From Veleropilina oligotropha (Eukaryota), in contig JBEUKZ010000075.1 of the NCBI GenBank assembly GCA_048128005.1, positions 124,001-188,000 on the forward strand: 64,000 nt of DNA. The letters are read 5' to 3'. Numbering within the stretch: position 1 is the first letter of the stretch; every line of letters starts with the position of its first letter. Below the pieces are notes generated by a model. It was given only the letters and a program-made list of their open reading frames with translations. It was not told the origin of the DNA and did no database searches. Positions 20,092 to 33,176 of this stretch are shown in pieces. A program made the position numbers and the translations under genes.

Positions 20092-21480
20092 ATATGATCC
20101 TCAAGAGTCTTTTTAAAACGCGTGATAAAGATGCTTGGCGCACGTGAAATGGTGACTCCTATAACATACGAGACCGGGTTGACGGGCCTTCCCAACCCTA
20201 GCTCATGTATCCCAAGCACCATTTATGACGAGCAGGTTCCCGACGAAATACGTCGGGAACGGTTTTGGATCAAATTACTTATTAAAAATACAGTGAAACA
20301 ACAGTAAATACATAAATATGCATGAATATACACATACCTGTTAGTTTTTATTGATTTTGTTATCATAATGTATGATAAAACAGCATTATTTGTCAATGTT
20401 TAACCGTCAAACTTTTTGACGGTATTTTCCTATACGAAGAATTGGCTAAATGATTTTGATTGGTGGATTTAATGAAAACGTAACGCTAACGTCCCAAAAT
20501 AGCGACCGTCTTCTGTTTACATTGTGAAAGTTAAAAACCGTTCGTTTTGTGTTCCAAAGTAGCTTTTCGGTGTTAAGGTAACAAAATTGGGGCAGCATGT
20601 GATGAAATTTGATATAAAGGAACATATATTGATGCAAGTGATAAATTGTAGTTGCTTTATTGAAATTTAGCATTTTTCGCCACAGGACGTGATGTTCACC
20701 TTTAGATTATTCTGCGGTGAGAAATTTTAGCTCAGCCGTTAGAGTCTGATAAAGAACTATAGCAGGCTCTAACGTTGTTGGAGTAGTGAAATGGTATACG
20801 TAAAAGCATCTGATGTGAAAGGCCCTTACTATACTCTTTGAATCCCACTGATAATTAGAATGCAAACATTGAAGCACAAAAAGTATAACAAATGCATTTA
20901 TTTAGGCTACACAATATATTTATAATAATTTACAGAGGTCATTTGTAGTAGAATAATTATTTACAAATGTACATGATCATAGACAACACATCTGAATATC
21001 ATTCAATTAATATATAACATAATACATTGTAATGAGTTCAGAATTATGAGAACAATGTTTGCTTCTTTGCCCCAAATGAGCATGAATTCAAAATAATGAA
21101 ACTATAGAAGACATAGTCATTGATATCCCCCACACCGATGAAACTTTCTTCTATAGCCCCGTCAAACTTTGTTGGGGCTGGATCCTGGATCGGTTGCATG
21201 ATTTTATTATGGGCATTTCTAGTTGCTCCAGAACTGCGATGAAATGAGTGGTTATATGATAGAATGAAAATATGCTCATTCATTCAAATTCCTATATATA
21301 TGTAATAAATTTGAATGGCTCTCATTATCTAAATCCTTGTGAGAATGTTCATTCAAAATTTATTCAAATTTCCATGCTAATCATCAATGAAGCATAATAT
21401 AAAGTTCTGCCAAAAGAGAAATGTATTGGTGTAATATCAATGAGTACAAGATGACACCACTTCATTGATTTTGTTCCACA

Positions 21481-21585
21481 TCATTGCTGACAATGCTTGT
21501 TGATCTGTTCCTCAATCTCTTTCATGTTTTGTAAAATTGAAGACAACTTCGATTCATCCATTTCAAATCGCACAACATCATTCGC
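21481..21585 (-). CDS. COMMD1: COMM domain-containing protein 1, exon 3 (last coding exon)
   Basis: ttcag|ANDVVRFEMDESKLSSILQNMKEIEEQINKHCQQ*; phase 0; resembles the COMM domain C-terminus. Confidence 0.9.
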   Translation of the reverse strand, partial: ANDVVRFEMDESKLSSILQNMKEIEEQINKHCQQ

Positions 21586-22194
21586 CTGAAATATAAATTT
21601 AAGACATGTATACAACACTGCCTGTTATTCATAAATATAATTTGATATTTGACTATAACTGGATTTAACCAGTTGCCATTAACCCACTTCAGTCATTGAA
21701 CAAATTTAGCCTGACATTCTTTTTTTAACCACTTTAAGACGAGAAAGGCTCTCAATATGCCACCATCGAGCATCCAAGTGTTGCTTCAATTTCACTAGCG
21801 GACCCCTTCCCCAATTTAAAATCCAGAAGGGAATGTTATTGATTACATTGTTTATTCGAACACTAGTTTTAGCAGTTTTTGAGTCATATTGCATTGAAGA
21901 TGGATTTTAAGTCACATTGCATCAGTCAAACATATATACCCTACTAGATGAGAGCACCCCCCCCCCCTCCCCCCGGTGAGAAAAATGAAAATTTTCTTCA
22001 TACAGTTTTGTGACAATGTTAACAAAATATACGAGTTCGCATCAGAATGCAGGAGAGGTGGTTTCACGCCATTAATTGTCAAAATGTTCTTCCACTGGGG
22101 ACCTGGATAGTACATAGACTAAACTAGTAGTATATTATAAAATTTAGACTCTCATTTGGAAATCTTGGATTCATCCTTGTACTTGTGCTACCAT

Positions 22195-22440
22195 TCCTTA
22201 TCTGCTGATTGGTTAAATCGTGCTACCCGAACTTGTCTGCCTGCTGATTGGTTACATTGTGTCACCCTAACTTATGTGCCTGCTGATTGGTTAAGTCATG
22301 TCACACTACTTTATCTGCCTGCTGATTGGTTTATTTGTGCCACCCTACCTTATCTGCCTGCTGATTGGTTAAGTCATGTCACCCTACCTTATTTGCCTGC
22401 TGATAGGTCAAGCCCTACCTTATCTGCCTTCTGATTGGTG
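22195..22440. repeat. ~39-bp minisatellite built from the COMMD1 exon 2/donor junction
   Basis: CCCTACCTTATCTGCCTGCTGATTGGTT units; the last unit overlaps the exon end. Confidence 0.85.
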
Positions 22441-22715
22441 TGTTCGATCTGCAGTTCCATGATGGCCGTCGGCGTGTTGATCTGCTCGATGTGGCGAGCT
22501 TGACTCTTGATATCAATTCTCCAGGAGACTCCCTTCAGTTTATTATTCCATGTGTTTTCAGATACTATAGCAACATGGATTTTAGCTTTCTGATTCTTCC
22601 AAAATTTTTTGAATACATTTGCTTGATCTTCAGTAATGCCACCCTCTTTTCGTCTTGTTTGTGATGTTAAGAAAGCTTCCAACTGGTTAAAATCCATGTC
22701 CGCAGAAACCATTGA
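22419..22715 (-). CDS. COMMD1: COMMD1 exon 2
   Basis: SMVSADMDFNQLEAFLTSQT..GGIT.DQA....KFWK...SWRID.KSQ.RH..QI.TP.AI.EL closely matches COMMD1; AG acceptor at 22716-17, GT donor at 22417-18; 297 nt, phase 0. Confidence 0.95.
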
Positions 22716-22907
22716 CTAGAATATAAACATAGTAATTACTATATTAAATGTCAGATCTAAATGAAAATGAGTAAAACAAATTCAAGTTCAATTTAAGCTG
22801 TGATGGCATAGTTAGGATCGATACGTAGATGTACGATTTTTAAACAATCTTCAGGATCAAACCAGAACAATGTCGCTGGAGGTAAGCATGGTCCACAGGG
22901 AAAACGC

Positions 22908-23109
22908 TGACGCGAACAGTAGTGGGATCGACCCCCGGCTAAGGCAGCACACATTTGTTCAAGTTATGAAGCACAGTTGTCCGTGACTGGCCGAAGAGGG
23001 CGGGTTTACCCGGCAACCGGGGTTTCCTCCCGCGATAACACGGACATGTCCTGCCTTGAACCTCGATGTTATAAATATACAGGACATTAAGCATAATTCC
23101 TCTTCCTCC
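22908..23109 (+). mobile_element. 5'-truncated SINE
   Basis: Same family as 1287-1546; TSD CCACAGGGAAAACGC at 22893-22907 and 23111-23125. Confidence 0.9.
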
Positions 23110-23198
23110 TCCACAGGGAAAACGCACCCTCAACGGACAACTGTGAGTGTTAATAGGACAAAATGCTAAGACAAAGATTTGGGCACACGCCAGTTAAT

Positions 23199-23914
23199 CA
23201 TCGTCGGCAACCCACGGCTAGTCTCATTTCGGTCCCCTACATTAACAGACCGTGGGCCAACTCATACAGAATACTTCGTATTCATGAATAATTCATGAGG
23301 CAATCCCATTGGCCGCTTCACGATTCTGTGAGGCGAATTACAGCCAATGATTTAAGGCCTTGTATACTGGTTTCGTCATGACGTAAATATTGATGGCGTC
23401 TTATCAAACCGTGTAAGATAAGTTTCAGATACAGGAGTTGGGGGCTTTTCAAAGACAAGCTATCGAGGCACTGCTACTGGGAAAGGATGTTTATTTATCA
23501 GTAAAGACAGGGGGTGGCAAAACCGTTGTGGTGCCAGAAACATAACTGCGAAAATTGCAATGTTTTAATTGTGTCACCTCTCGTGGCTATCATGCATGAA
23601 CAAAGCGAATATCTTAATTCACTTGGGTTTCGAGCAACGTATATCGGTCAAGACGGCACATGGACCTGTAACACCAAATAATGATTTGTTTATCGCACAA
23701 AGCGCAGCATTTAATGGGCGCCGCCATTATTGAATGATCCCAAATGTGTTTTTTTACCCTTCATGTAGAAGAGTTCCAATTTCAATATGACAATTTTGAT
23801 TGGTCGCTATTCACTTATGAATATTCAAGTGAAACGAAGTATTCTGTATGAGTTGGCCCACGGTCTGTTAATGTAGGGGACCAAAATGAGACTAGCCGTG
23901 GGTTGCCGACGATG
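23199..23914 (+). mobile_element. Non-autonomous DNA transposon carrying a RecQ-like helicase fragment (AcademH-like)
   Basis: ~80-bp TIRs CATCGTCGGCAACCCACGG...; TSD CAGTTAAT; internal FQRQAIEALLLGKDVYLSVKTGGGKT and IVSPLVAIMHEQ. Confidence 0.8.
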
Positions 23915-24598
23915 CAGTTAATCAGAGCATTCCATACTTGCCAACCCTACCAACTCACACGGTATGGTACCGATTTGATAACACTACGATCGTCTACCAA
24001 TTTTAATAGATAAGCATACCGATTCGAGCGATCAATCACGCAGTGCTATCGGCATTAATTAATGTATATAGATAAGCATACCGATTCGAGTGATCAATCA
24101 CGCAGTGCGAGCGGCATTGATATATGTAAATATTATTTGCCAAGATTGATTACGCGACATGACATCACGCATTTCGGTACAGTCCGAAAAGCCGAAACGC
24201 GTTGTAGCGATGTCACGCGGTGACGCCATATTCAACCAATGAAATTATCAGAAGGTTTGCTGGTCATTCTTTGCCATGGTCGATTGCGCACAATTAATGT
24301 TTGCAAAGATGGCCCGTAGCTATTTCGTTTGTTGTTTTGTCAGCGTGATCATAAAAAACATATATTGAACCAACGAAATACTAAGTAGTAAATATATATT
24401 ACAGAATGCAGGAACAATGCGGGCGAGTACTAATATTATTGAATATGTTAAAATGTTATAATAATTTCTACTCTCCAAACATGAAATTTTGCGGCCAAAA
24501 AAATTGTGAATAAGGATAACGCATCTCGGAGTCTCCAGATTAAAAAAGCTCTAGATATTCGCGGCGGCATTCAGGTGAGTGAATTACGACCTACACTC

Positions 24599-25613
24599 TT
24601 ATCTATTACACCATCGGTCTGGCCTTATCTATTACACCATCGGTCTGGCCTTATCTATTACACCATCGGTCTGGCCTTATCCATTACACCATCGGTCTGG
24701 CCTTATCTATTACACCATCGGTCTGGCCTTATCCATTACACCATCGGTCTGGCCTTATCCATTACACCATCGGTCTGGCATTATCCATTACACCATCGGT
24801 CTGGCCTTATCTATTACACCATCGGTCTGGCCTTATCTACTACACCATCGGTCTGGCCTTATCCATTACACCATCGGTCTGGCCTTATCTATTACACCAT
24901 CGGTCTGGCCTTATCTATTACACCATCGGTCTGGCATTATCCATTACACCATCGGTCTGGCCTTATCCATTACACCATCGGTCTGGCCTTATCTACTACA
25001 CCATCGGTCTGGCCTTATCCATTACACCATCGGTCTGGCCTTATCCATTACACCATCGGTCTGGCCTTATCTATTACACCATCGGTCTGGCCTTATCCAT
25101 TACACCATCGGTCTGGCCTTATCCATTACACCATCGGTCTGGCCTTATCTATTACACCATCGGTCTGGCCTTATCCATTACACCATCGGTCTGGCCTTAT
25201 CTATTACACCATCGGTCTGGCCTTATCCATTACACCATCGGTCTGGCCTTATCCATTACACCATCGGTCTGGCCTTATCTATTACACCATCGGTCTGGCC
25301 TTATCCATTACACCATCGGTCTGGCCTTATCTATTACACCATCGGTCTGGCCTTATCTATTACACCATCGGTCTGGCCTTATCTACTACACCATCGGTCT
25401 GGCCTTATCCATTACACCATCGGTCTGGCCTTATCCATTACACCATCGGTCTGGCCTTATCTATTACACCATCGGTCTGGCATTATCCATTACACCATCG
25501 GTCTGGCCTTATCTATTACACCATCGGTCTGGCATTATCCATTACACCATCGGTCTGGCCTTATCTACTACACCATCGGTCTGGCCTTATCCATTACACC
25601 ATCGGTCTGGCCT
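24599..25613. repeat. 26-bp minisatellite, about 39 copies
   Basis: TTATCYATTACACCATCGGTCTGGCC in tandem with no spacers. Confidence 0.97.
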
Positions 25614-25791
25614 TTCCTGAAATTCCATCCTAGATTATCACTGTTATAACAATGTTATTTATAAAATAAACTCTTGACAACCCGCATTACACCAACAATT
25701 TTACAGGCTGCTACTTCATACGTTAAGGGTCTGTGCACCAACCCAGTCTCATATGTTATAGGAGTAGCCCTGCATATGAATATCTTGAAAC

Positions 25792-26084
25792 CACAGTCCT
25801 TGGACGATATGTCACAATTAAAAAATAATAATCAAAATCGCCAAGCAAATGCCTACCCACTTCATGATTGCTACATAACAGAAAGTTGTGCAAAGAAAAA
25901 ATGCCGCTAATCGATTTTATATTAATTAAGTTGTGGCCATGTATTGCTGTTGTTTACTGATTAGCGGCAGTTTTTCGAAGCACAACTTTCTCTCTGTTAT
26001 GTAACAATCAGTGGGTGGCCGTGGGCCTGGCGATTTTGATTTATATTATTTTTTTAATTTGCGACGTATCGTCCAGGGACTGTG
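25792..26084. mobile_element. Palindromic MITE
   Basis: CACAGTCCTTGGACGAT... / ...ATCGTCCAGGGACTGTG long imperfect TIRs; flanks CTTGAAAC / TTTGAAAC (8-bp TSD with one mismatch). Confidence 0.75.
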
Positions 26085-27499
26085 TTTGAAACTGTGATGT
26101 GATGAAATCTATTTTGCAATTATAACGAGCACGAAGTGTGAGCTCTATAGGTAACGTGTGTGTAGAAAATAATCAATGATCAACAAAATCTAGTGTACCC
26201 TTACCTTTCTGATTATTAGGACGGAAACGGGTTGCATGCTGGGATCGTTTAACGTTGATATGGGCCTTTTGCTTATGGGTATACATTTTATTTATTTGTC
26301 AAGCGTGTCAAACGCGAAGCGCTTCCACATTAAACATGCATATGACAGGCGCGCAGCGCCTGTCATAAATACTGAATTCCGCTGAAGTTTTAAAGCCAAG
26401 TCTCGGATATCCGTTAGCGGTGACGTCTTGGCAACGAGAAAATGATTCGGTAAATTCGCGGAGTTTACCGATCGATTCAAACTAAGAGAGTGTTGTGTAC
26501 CTTATATGAATAAGTAACGGGCCCTAAGTAACGAACGTAATATACTAAACAAATACTTTAAATGGACGAGCCACAGCCATACATGTGCGCTTCGAGCCGT
26601 ACGCCGCTTCCCTCGCTTCGATAACATAGGCATAGTGTCTGTGTGTTGACTAGGCGGTGCGCAATACAAGTAATTTCACCGGTGCACATAAATAAAATAT
26701 CCGTTACAAAGAATATCGTTGCAACCCACCCACTACATCGCTCCTCAAGTTACAATATAAGTTTTACCATAACATAAAACTAAGACCATGGAGCGGTCAA
26801 AGTTTGGGATACATCGAGCCAATAGTGGCAATACAATTATGTCAATAAACTAGTTGAAAGAATTAATAATTTATTATTAAATTTTTAATAACAAAATTAA
26901 ATATTAGTTTAAACTTTGTACCCGGTAATTAGTTTTAATAATTATATGTATATATGTATCATATATATGCCATATCTGAGTGCTCGTTTCTAGGTAGCAC
27001 CTACGACATATTATTTTATTATGTTCTTGAATTGCATGGTTCTCTTTAGTCCGATAAATCTGCCCCTAATTACAAGCTCAAAATTCTGACGGTCGCGTGT
27101 ATAGGGTCAGATGTCGCGGCTATTAAAAAGGCGTAGATCTGTAACCCAAATCTAGCGACAGCGATATCGACACCTTTACGTGCCATACGGCGAATCTTTC
27201 GATACCCACACATCAATAAACCATTTAACACTCACCTGCCTTTATTGTTCATCAATCCTAGTGATATAAGTCACATTATAAGCTTATATTGTTACTCGAA
27301 ACGTGTTAATTTTACGCCATTATCAAACCGACATCCAGTCGCATCGACCAATCAGAGTGGCTTAACCAGCCGGAAGCCACTCTGATTGGTCGATGCCACG
27401 ATTATTCTGCATCGTGACGTTCAAGAAAGATACACGGAAAGACGCCCCAAACTGAACAGATTTGTCTCCCTTAGCCTCACACTATTACTAGTCACTTGC

Positions 27500-27667
27500 C
27501 TTTACTAATGCACTACATTTAGTGAAAAACTCATCGAAAACATTTTGTTCGGTATCTTTGTACAATTCGTTTTTTAAAAACTCATTTGTTATGTCATTTT
27601 CTCCAAAATAAGTCATCCTTGCAAATCCATTCAAGAAAGCAAGGAGCGTTTTTGCGTCGTCCGCCAT
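27500..27667 (-). CDS. COMMD1: COMMD1 exon 1, ending at a GC donor
   Basis: AAAATGGCGG start; MADDAKTLLAFLNGFARMTYFGENDITNEFLKNELY...LVK; 168 nt, phase 0; spliced product 189 aa. Confidence 0.88.
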
Positions 27668-27736
27668 TTTCGTATCATGTGACATCGCATGCTTGCTATC
27701 GTTAGAAAACGTAAATAAAAATGTCGAACGGCATAA

Positions 27737-28595
27737 TTACGGAACGCCGGTTGTGACATGCGAACAGTGACAAGTGAACAGTGACCAACGAGAAGCGAGA
27801 GTCGACAAGCAAAAACCAACATGCCCTCAGACACGTGCTTTCCACCTATCAGCTACATTTTCGATGCACTGCCTTGTATTTAATAAATCTATTTCAGAAG
27901 ATTACAAATTCTGCCCATTTTGTGGATCTGCTGCCCAATGCTAATGTAGACATAAATTCGAGAAGGTTTTGTGTAGTTAACAGTCACAGTTGCCTACGGC
28001 TTTTTCCTGGGGAGGCCGCTTCGGCAGCGCAGTGGGTAGAGTGTCCACTCTAACTTCACTGGCTTGATTCCGCTAATGCGAACAGTAGTGGGTTCAATAC
28101 CTGGCTGAGGCATTGAAATTTGTTCAAGTTATGAATCATAGTTGACCGTGACTGGCCGAAGAGGGCGGGTTTACCCGGGCAACCGGGGTTTCCTCCCGCG
28201 ATAACAAGGACATGTCTTGCCTTGAACCATGATGTTGTAAATATATAGGACATTAAGCATCATTCCTCCCTCCCCTTTTCCTGGGGACAAGGATTTCATC
28301 CGGCGATAATGTCTTTGTCCTGGTTTGGCTTGGATCGATGCTCATATTGTCCCATTTAACACGTTGTTCTTCACAATCTTTGCCCATTGCATTGCATATA
28401 GATAAATATTTAGATTATTTCATTTATTTGTTACAAAATGGAAAATGAATTTTAAAACATATTTAATAATTATTGCTAACGTATTATTGTTAAATATATA
28501 ATGTACAAATGTTTTCTGAAAATTATTTCAAGAGTAGATTTAAGGAAGTTATCGCATTTATATCCCTTCGATATTTTTCTAGGACGGACAACTGA
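27737..28595 (+). repeat. Left arm of the long-range inverted repeat (interrupted by a SINE)
   Basis: Reverse-complement match to 57486-58093 (also visible as near-identical ORFs MSEGMLVFAC at both sites). Confidence 0.9.
28014..28275 (+). mobile_element. Full-length SINE
   Basis: Same family; TSD TTTTCCTGGGGA at 28002-28013 and 28276-28287; absent from the right repeat arm. Confidence 0.92.
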
Positions 28596-29054
28596 CACCG
28601 ATTTACTGGTGATCAGTGCTGTTATGGAGCAGTGTGAATGAAATTATTACGACCACTGCCACCTTGGTTGCAACAATAATTTAGTAATATGAATGCAGGA
28701 GAGGTCGTTTCACAGTATTAAATACTAAAATTTTCCTTCATGTGGGCCCCCATTCCCACACGAACCGTGGACCTACGAAAGGTCGTAGCAATATTTTTTG
28801 CTTCCGCCAGGCCTGTAATTAACCCTTTGGCCAAGTCTTCTTAGACTGAATCCAAAGTTCACCATATTTTATATATAATACGTCATAACACGCCAATGAA
28901 ATTCAAGCTGTTCGTTTTCTTTTATTACAATACTGGAGTAACATCTGTGGTATACAGCCGACATTTATTGACTGCAAGCAAAATAAACAAATATTAATTT
29001 ACTTAAAATCCGATGATACAGTAATAAGGAATGATAAATACATCATTAACTAAT

Positions 29055-32000
29055 CAGGGGCGGATCCAGGGGGGTCAGTGGGGGTCGCTCCCCCCTCCCC
29101 CCTTGACGGACCAAGTGCCCTTTTGCCTCGTACATTAAAATTTAAAAAAAAACAAAAGTAATAAATTCCGTACACTTTATGTGTAGTTAGGGGTATAGGG
29201 TTATTTTAAGGAACCGTTTCTTAAAGCATATGCATTAAAACTTTCCTCCCAGAATCTCAACGCCCCCGCTTGGAGCAGTATTTTCACTTAAAAAGTTGAT
29301 ATATTTGTTATTCAACCTCCAACTTAATATCATTTCCAGGCTAAACATGTGGGAAATGCGCCTACGATAACGGATTTTTTTCTTTCTCTGTGTTGGCCGT
29401 CCTTTGATTCTGATAAAACAATATCTAAACGCCGCTATTGTCAGTTAATCTTAGCACGAAATTTTCCAATCATAATATGAAGAACATACATAATAGAAAA
29501 TGACTCAGTCACTGATAAGGTTCGAGTCTTTAATTAACGACATCCCGCCTCGCCACATTCGGAATATACAACCATGTCATGAAATCATCATTTGAATTTG
29601 CATCCTTCAATTTACAAAAATGTGTACGGAACACGTAGGATTTGTACGAAAGTGAAAGTGAAAATACAAATTGGAGACCAATTTTGTGTAGAAGTGGAAC
29701 TTCCAAGGCTGGTTTATAGTGCTGACTTGAAGTTTAATGAGTGTCCATGCATCCGTCGTCATTATGCCGAGCCGTGAGAGAAATCAGAAGCGATTGGCGA
29801 ATGAGAACGTTAATATAGCGGCAAAATGCTCCAAAATCGAGGACGTATTCAGGTAAGGCAAAATTCATTCCAAGGCATATCGTTGTTCAAGATAAAACAT
29901 GAAATTAACTAACTCAGTACAAATTTAAATGCGGCGGGATTCGGTTTTGCTAGCTCGTGATACGGTTTTCTAACCCTATGATACATCATACTGATGTGAC
30001 GTCATTGCACGCACTCTATACTAAGTTTGCAACAGTTATTTGATCAAGAAATAAAAAAATATCTATACTATAGGGTTATTACGGCCTGGGTATTACGACG
30101 TAAATGCACGGAATCATATAATAAATAAATCAAAATTATGCTAAGTTGGGGAAATTAAGTGATTGGATTCCAAGACTGAGTATAAGAAAAACAATTCTAT
30201 ATATTTAGAAGCGTTTCTGAGTGGGAAAAAGATTTTCGAGTGTGCATGCGGAGATAGGCCTCTTGAAGTTCTTATATGGTGAGTGCATATTATAAACTAT
30301 TTTCGTTACAGGTCGTCTCGTCAAGCGACTGCTACAGCTACGCACTCTTCGGTCACTCCTAGCAGCTCTGATGGAACAGAGGAACTTTTCGCCCACTCGT
30401 CGGTCACTCCTAGCGGCTCTGATGGAACTGTGGAGCCTGTCGCGCATTCGTCGGTCACTCCTAGAGGCTCTGATGCAACTGTGGAACCTGTCGGTAACTC
30501 TTCCGCCAATTCCAAATCTGATGTCACTTCGATGACGATGACGGGTAATGTTGACCTGGGGGAAGTAGTTTCAAAAGGTACTGGTGACCGCCTCAACGTA
30601 GAGCATAAAATGTATATTCAATCCTAGCACGACTTACATGTTTCATAAGCAGTTCATTTTCAAGAAGGTTGAAAATAGCGACGTGAAGAAACTGACTTTC
30701 CAATACAATTGGTTGAAACAATATTCCTGGCTAGTTTACAGTCCATTATTGGAGGGTGGACTATGTAAATACTGCGTTCTCTTCCCTCCGAAAAATCCGA
30801 AAGTGGTCCCTGGACAACTGGTGGATCGACCATTCCAGGATTATAAAAAAGCCAAATGGAGTGATCGCGGCATACTTGACAAACATGCGCAACTTCAGTT
30901 CCACAAAGAAGCAGTGGACTCGTCTAGAGAACTTATGATGACTGTCAACGACCCTGCTCGTTCGATTGAATGTGCAATGTCTGAACAAAGGAAAAGGCTC
31001 TACGAAGCAAACATCCATATTTTACAGTCAATAATCCAGACAGTTCGACTATGTGGGCGACAGAATATTGCATTGAGAGGTCACAGAGACGACAACACTA
31101 GCACTGCACAATATCGTGGTAATTTCAGTGCCATATTGGAACTCATCGCTGCTCATGACGACATTCTCCAAGCCCATTTGGAAATAGGAACGCACAGTAT
31201 ACATCGAAGACAATCCAAAACGAGCTGATCGAGATAATCGGTCGTCAAATCCGTCGTAAACTCGTTGCCTGCCTCCAGTCTGACTGTGCTGTTTTCTCAA
31301 TCATGGCTGATGAGGTCACTGATCAGTACGCGAATCAGGAGGTTCTGACTATCTGCCTCCGATACGTTAATGAAAGACATACAATCGAAGAGAGATTCGT
31401 CGATTTTCACTTTCTGGATAGAACAACATGCGAATCCGTAGCTAACGGCATTCTACAATCACTGAAGAAACATGGCGTTGATGTGACGAAATGCCGTGGG
31501 CAGTCATATGATGGAGCATCATGTATGTCATCGGAAGGAACTGGTGTTCATGGTCGCATCAAGGCAATCGCCCCTCTTGCCCTGTATACACACTGCAAGA
31601 GTCACGTGCTCAATTTGAGTATTGCCGCGGCATGTCAAATTCCAGCTGTTCGGAATATGATCGATTCAGTCAATGAATGTTTTATATTTTTTGACAACTC
31701 GCCGAAACGACAGCGATTTCTTGAAAAGACTATCGCCGCATCGCAGAACTCTTCGTCAAAAATCAAATTGCAAGGTCTTTGCAAGACGCGATGGGTTGAA
31801 CGCCATACATGTTATGATACACTCCATGAACTGTATGAAGCTGTATGTTTGTGCTTGGATGCCATTTTATATCCAACCCAACATGATGGCATTTACGACG
31901 GAGAAAACTGGAAATGGGATCGTGACACTAGAGTCAAAGGTCAGGGACTTTTGCACACAATGAGATCATTTGCTTTCATTGTTGCGTTTCTGTCAGTGAA

Positions 32001-33176
32001 GAACACTTTGGAAATGGTGAAAGGACTCGCGTCAAAGCTCCAGAAAAGTGACATGGATGCCTATATGGCATACTCTCTTATCGACAGCACAATTTTAAGA
32101 ATACAACGGATGCGTGATGATGTTGATTTAGAGTTTCAAGACATCTTCAATGCGGCAAAGCTGCTATGCGAGAACGTTGGGGGAACTGTGTCCATGCCGC
32201 GCATCGTCGGGTGACAATGTCACCGCGATAATTCCCCAGCCGACACGCCGGAGTCGTATTTCCTGAGAACTGTCCAAATTCCCTTCCTGGACCATCTACT
32301 GGTCCAAATGAACAGACGCTTCAGGGTGGAAAACAGGACATGCGCTGAGATTTTATTAGTCCCTGTCATCATTGCAAAAATGAGCAACACAGAATGGGAA
32401 GAGTCTTCGAAGTCTCTCCGTTTTGGGGAGAGGGATATGCCGACACCAACCGCACTAAAGAGCGAGGTGGAAGAATGGCGGCACAACTGGAATACCACTT
32501 CCGAGGACCAACGGCCAGAAAACCTCATCGACTGTTTGAGGAAGATAGATCCAGATATATTCCCCAATATCTGCATTACTGAGAGTTGGATGCACACTTC
32601 CAGTCGGCAGTGCCGGAGCTGAACGCTCGTTCTCGTGTTTCCGGAGAGTCAAGACCTACATCCGCAACAGAATGGGCGAAGAGCGCCTCTCAGGACTGTG
32701 TTTGATGAATTTGCATCAGGACCTGATAATTGAAACTGATGCCGTCCTGAAAGAGTTCATTTCAGTCAACAACTGACGGTTGTTCAATCGCAATATTCTT
32801 GACGATTGAAATTGAATTGAATTTGTTGTGATCAATATCACCTTTCTAGTACATTCATAAAACGTATTCGATCGGTGTTCTTTTGGCTTAATTTCGTGGT
32901 GCCAGGGCCGTAGCTACCATGAGGACAGGGGGGGGGGCAGTTCCCCCCCCCTGAAATCTGGAAAACGCAGACGTTAAACTAAAGTGATTCACTTTAAATA
33001 AAACGCTTCGAGTGCAGGAGAGGCCGTTTCGAAGGAATGAATCCAAAATTTGCTTGTGCGTTGTGGAACCATGGTCCCAACGCACTTAGGGTGCCGATAA
33101 TCACATGGGCCCTGCCATGGGTGCCCTTTTGGGATTGGCCCGACCCCCCCTTTGGAAATTCCTGGATCCGCCCCTG
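29055..33176 (+). mobile_element. hAT (Tip100/THAP12-like) DNA transposon inserted in the 3' LTR
   Basis: TIRs CAGGGGCGGATCCAGG / CCTGGATCCGCCCCTG; flanked by CTAAT on both sides. Confidence 0.92.
30312..32810 (+). pseudogene. hAT transposase (TTF-type Zn finger, DUF4371-like region, dimerisation domain), broken by stops and frameshifts
   Basis: WLVYS...LCKYCVLF; CGRQNIALRGHRD; ADEVTD; CRGQSYDGA; HCKSHVLNL; CKTRWVERH; ERSFS..RVKTY..MGEERL. Confidence 0.9.

Noticed and set aside
24506..25649. Long ORFs (375 and 356 aa) and a CRISPR-like look
   Set aside because: Pure 26-bp tandem repeat with no unique spacers; the ORFs come from a stop-free unit
28866..28875. TSD and intact TG end for the BEL element
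   Set aside because: The left LTR start is degraded (ATA instead of TGT) and the flanks do not match; no clear PBS either
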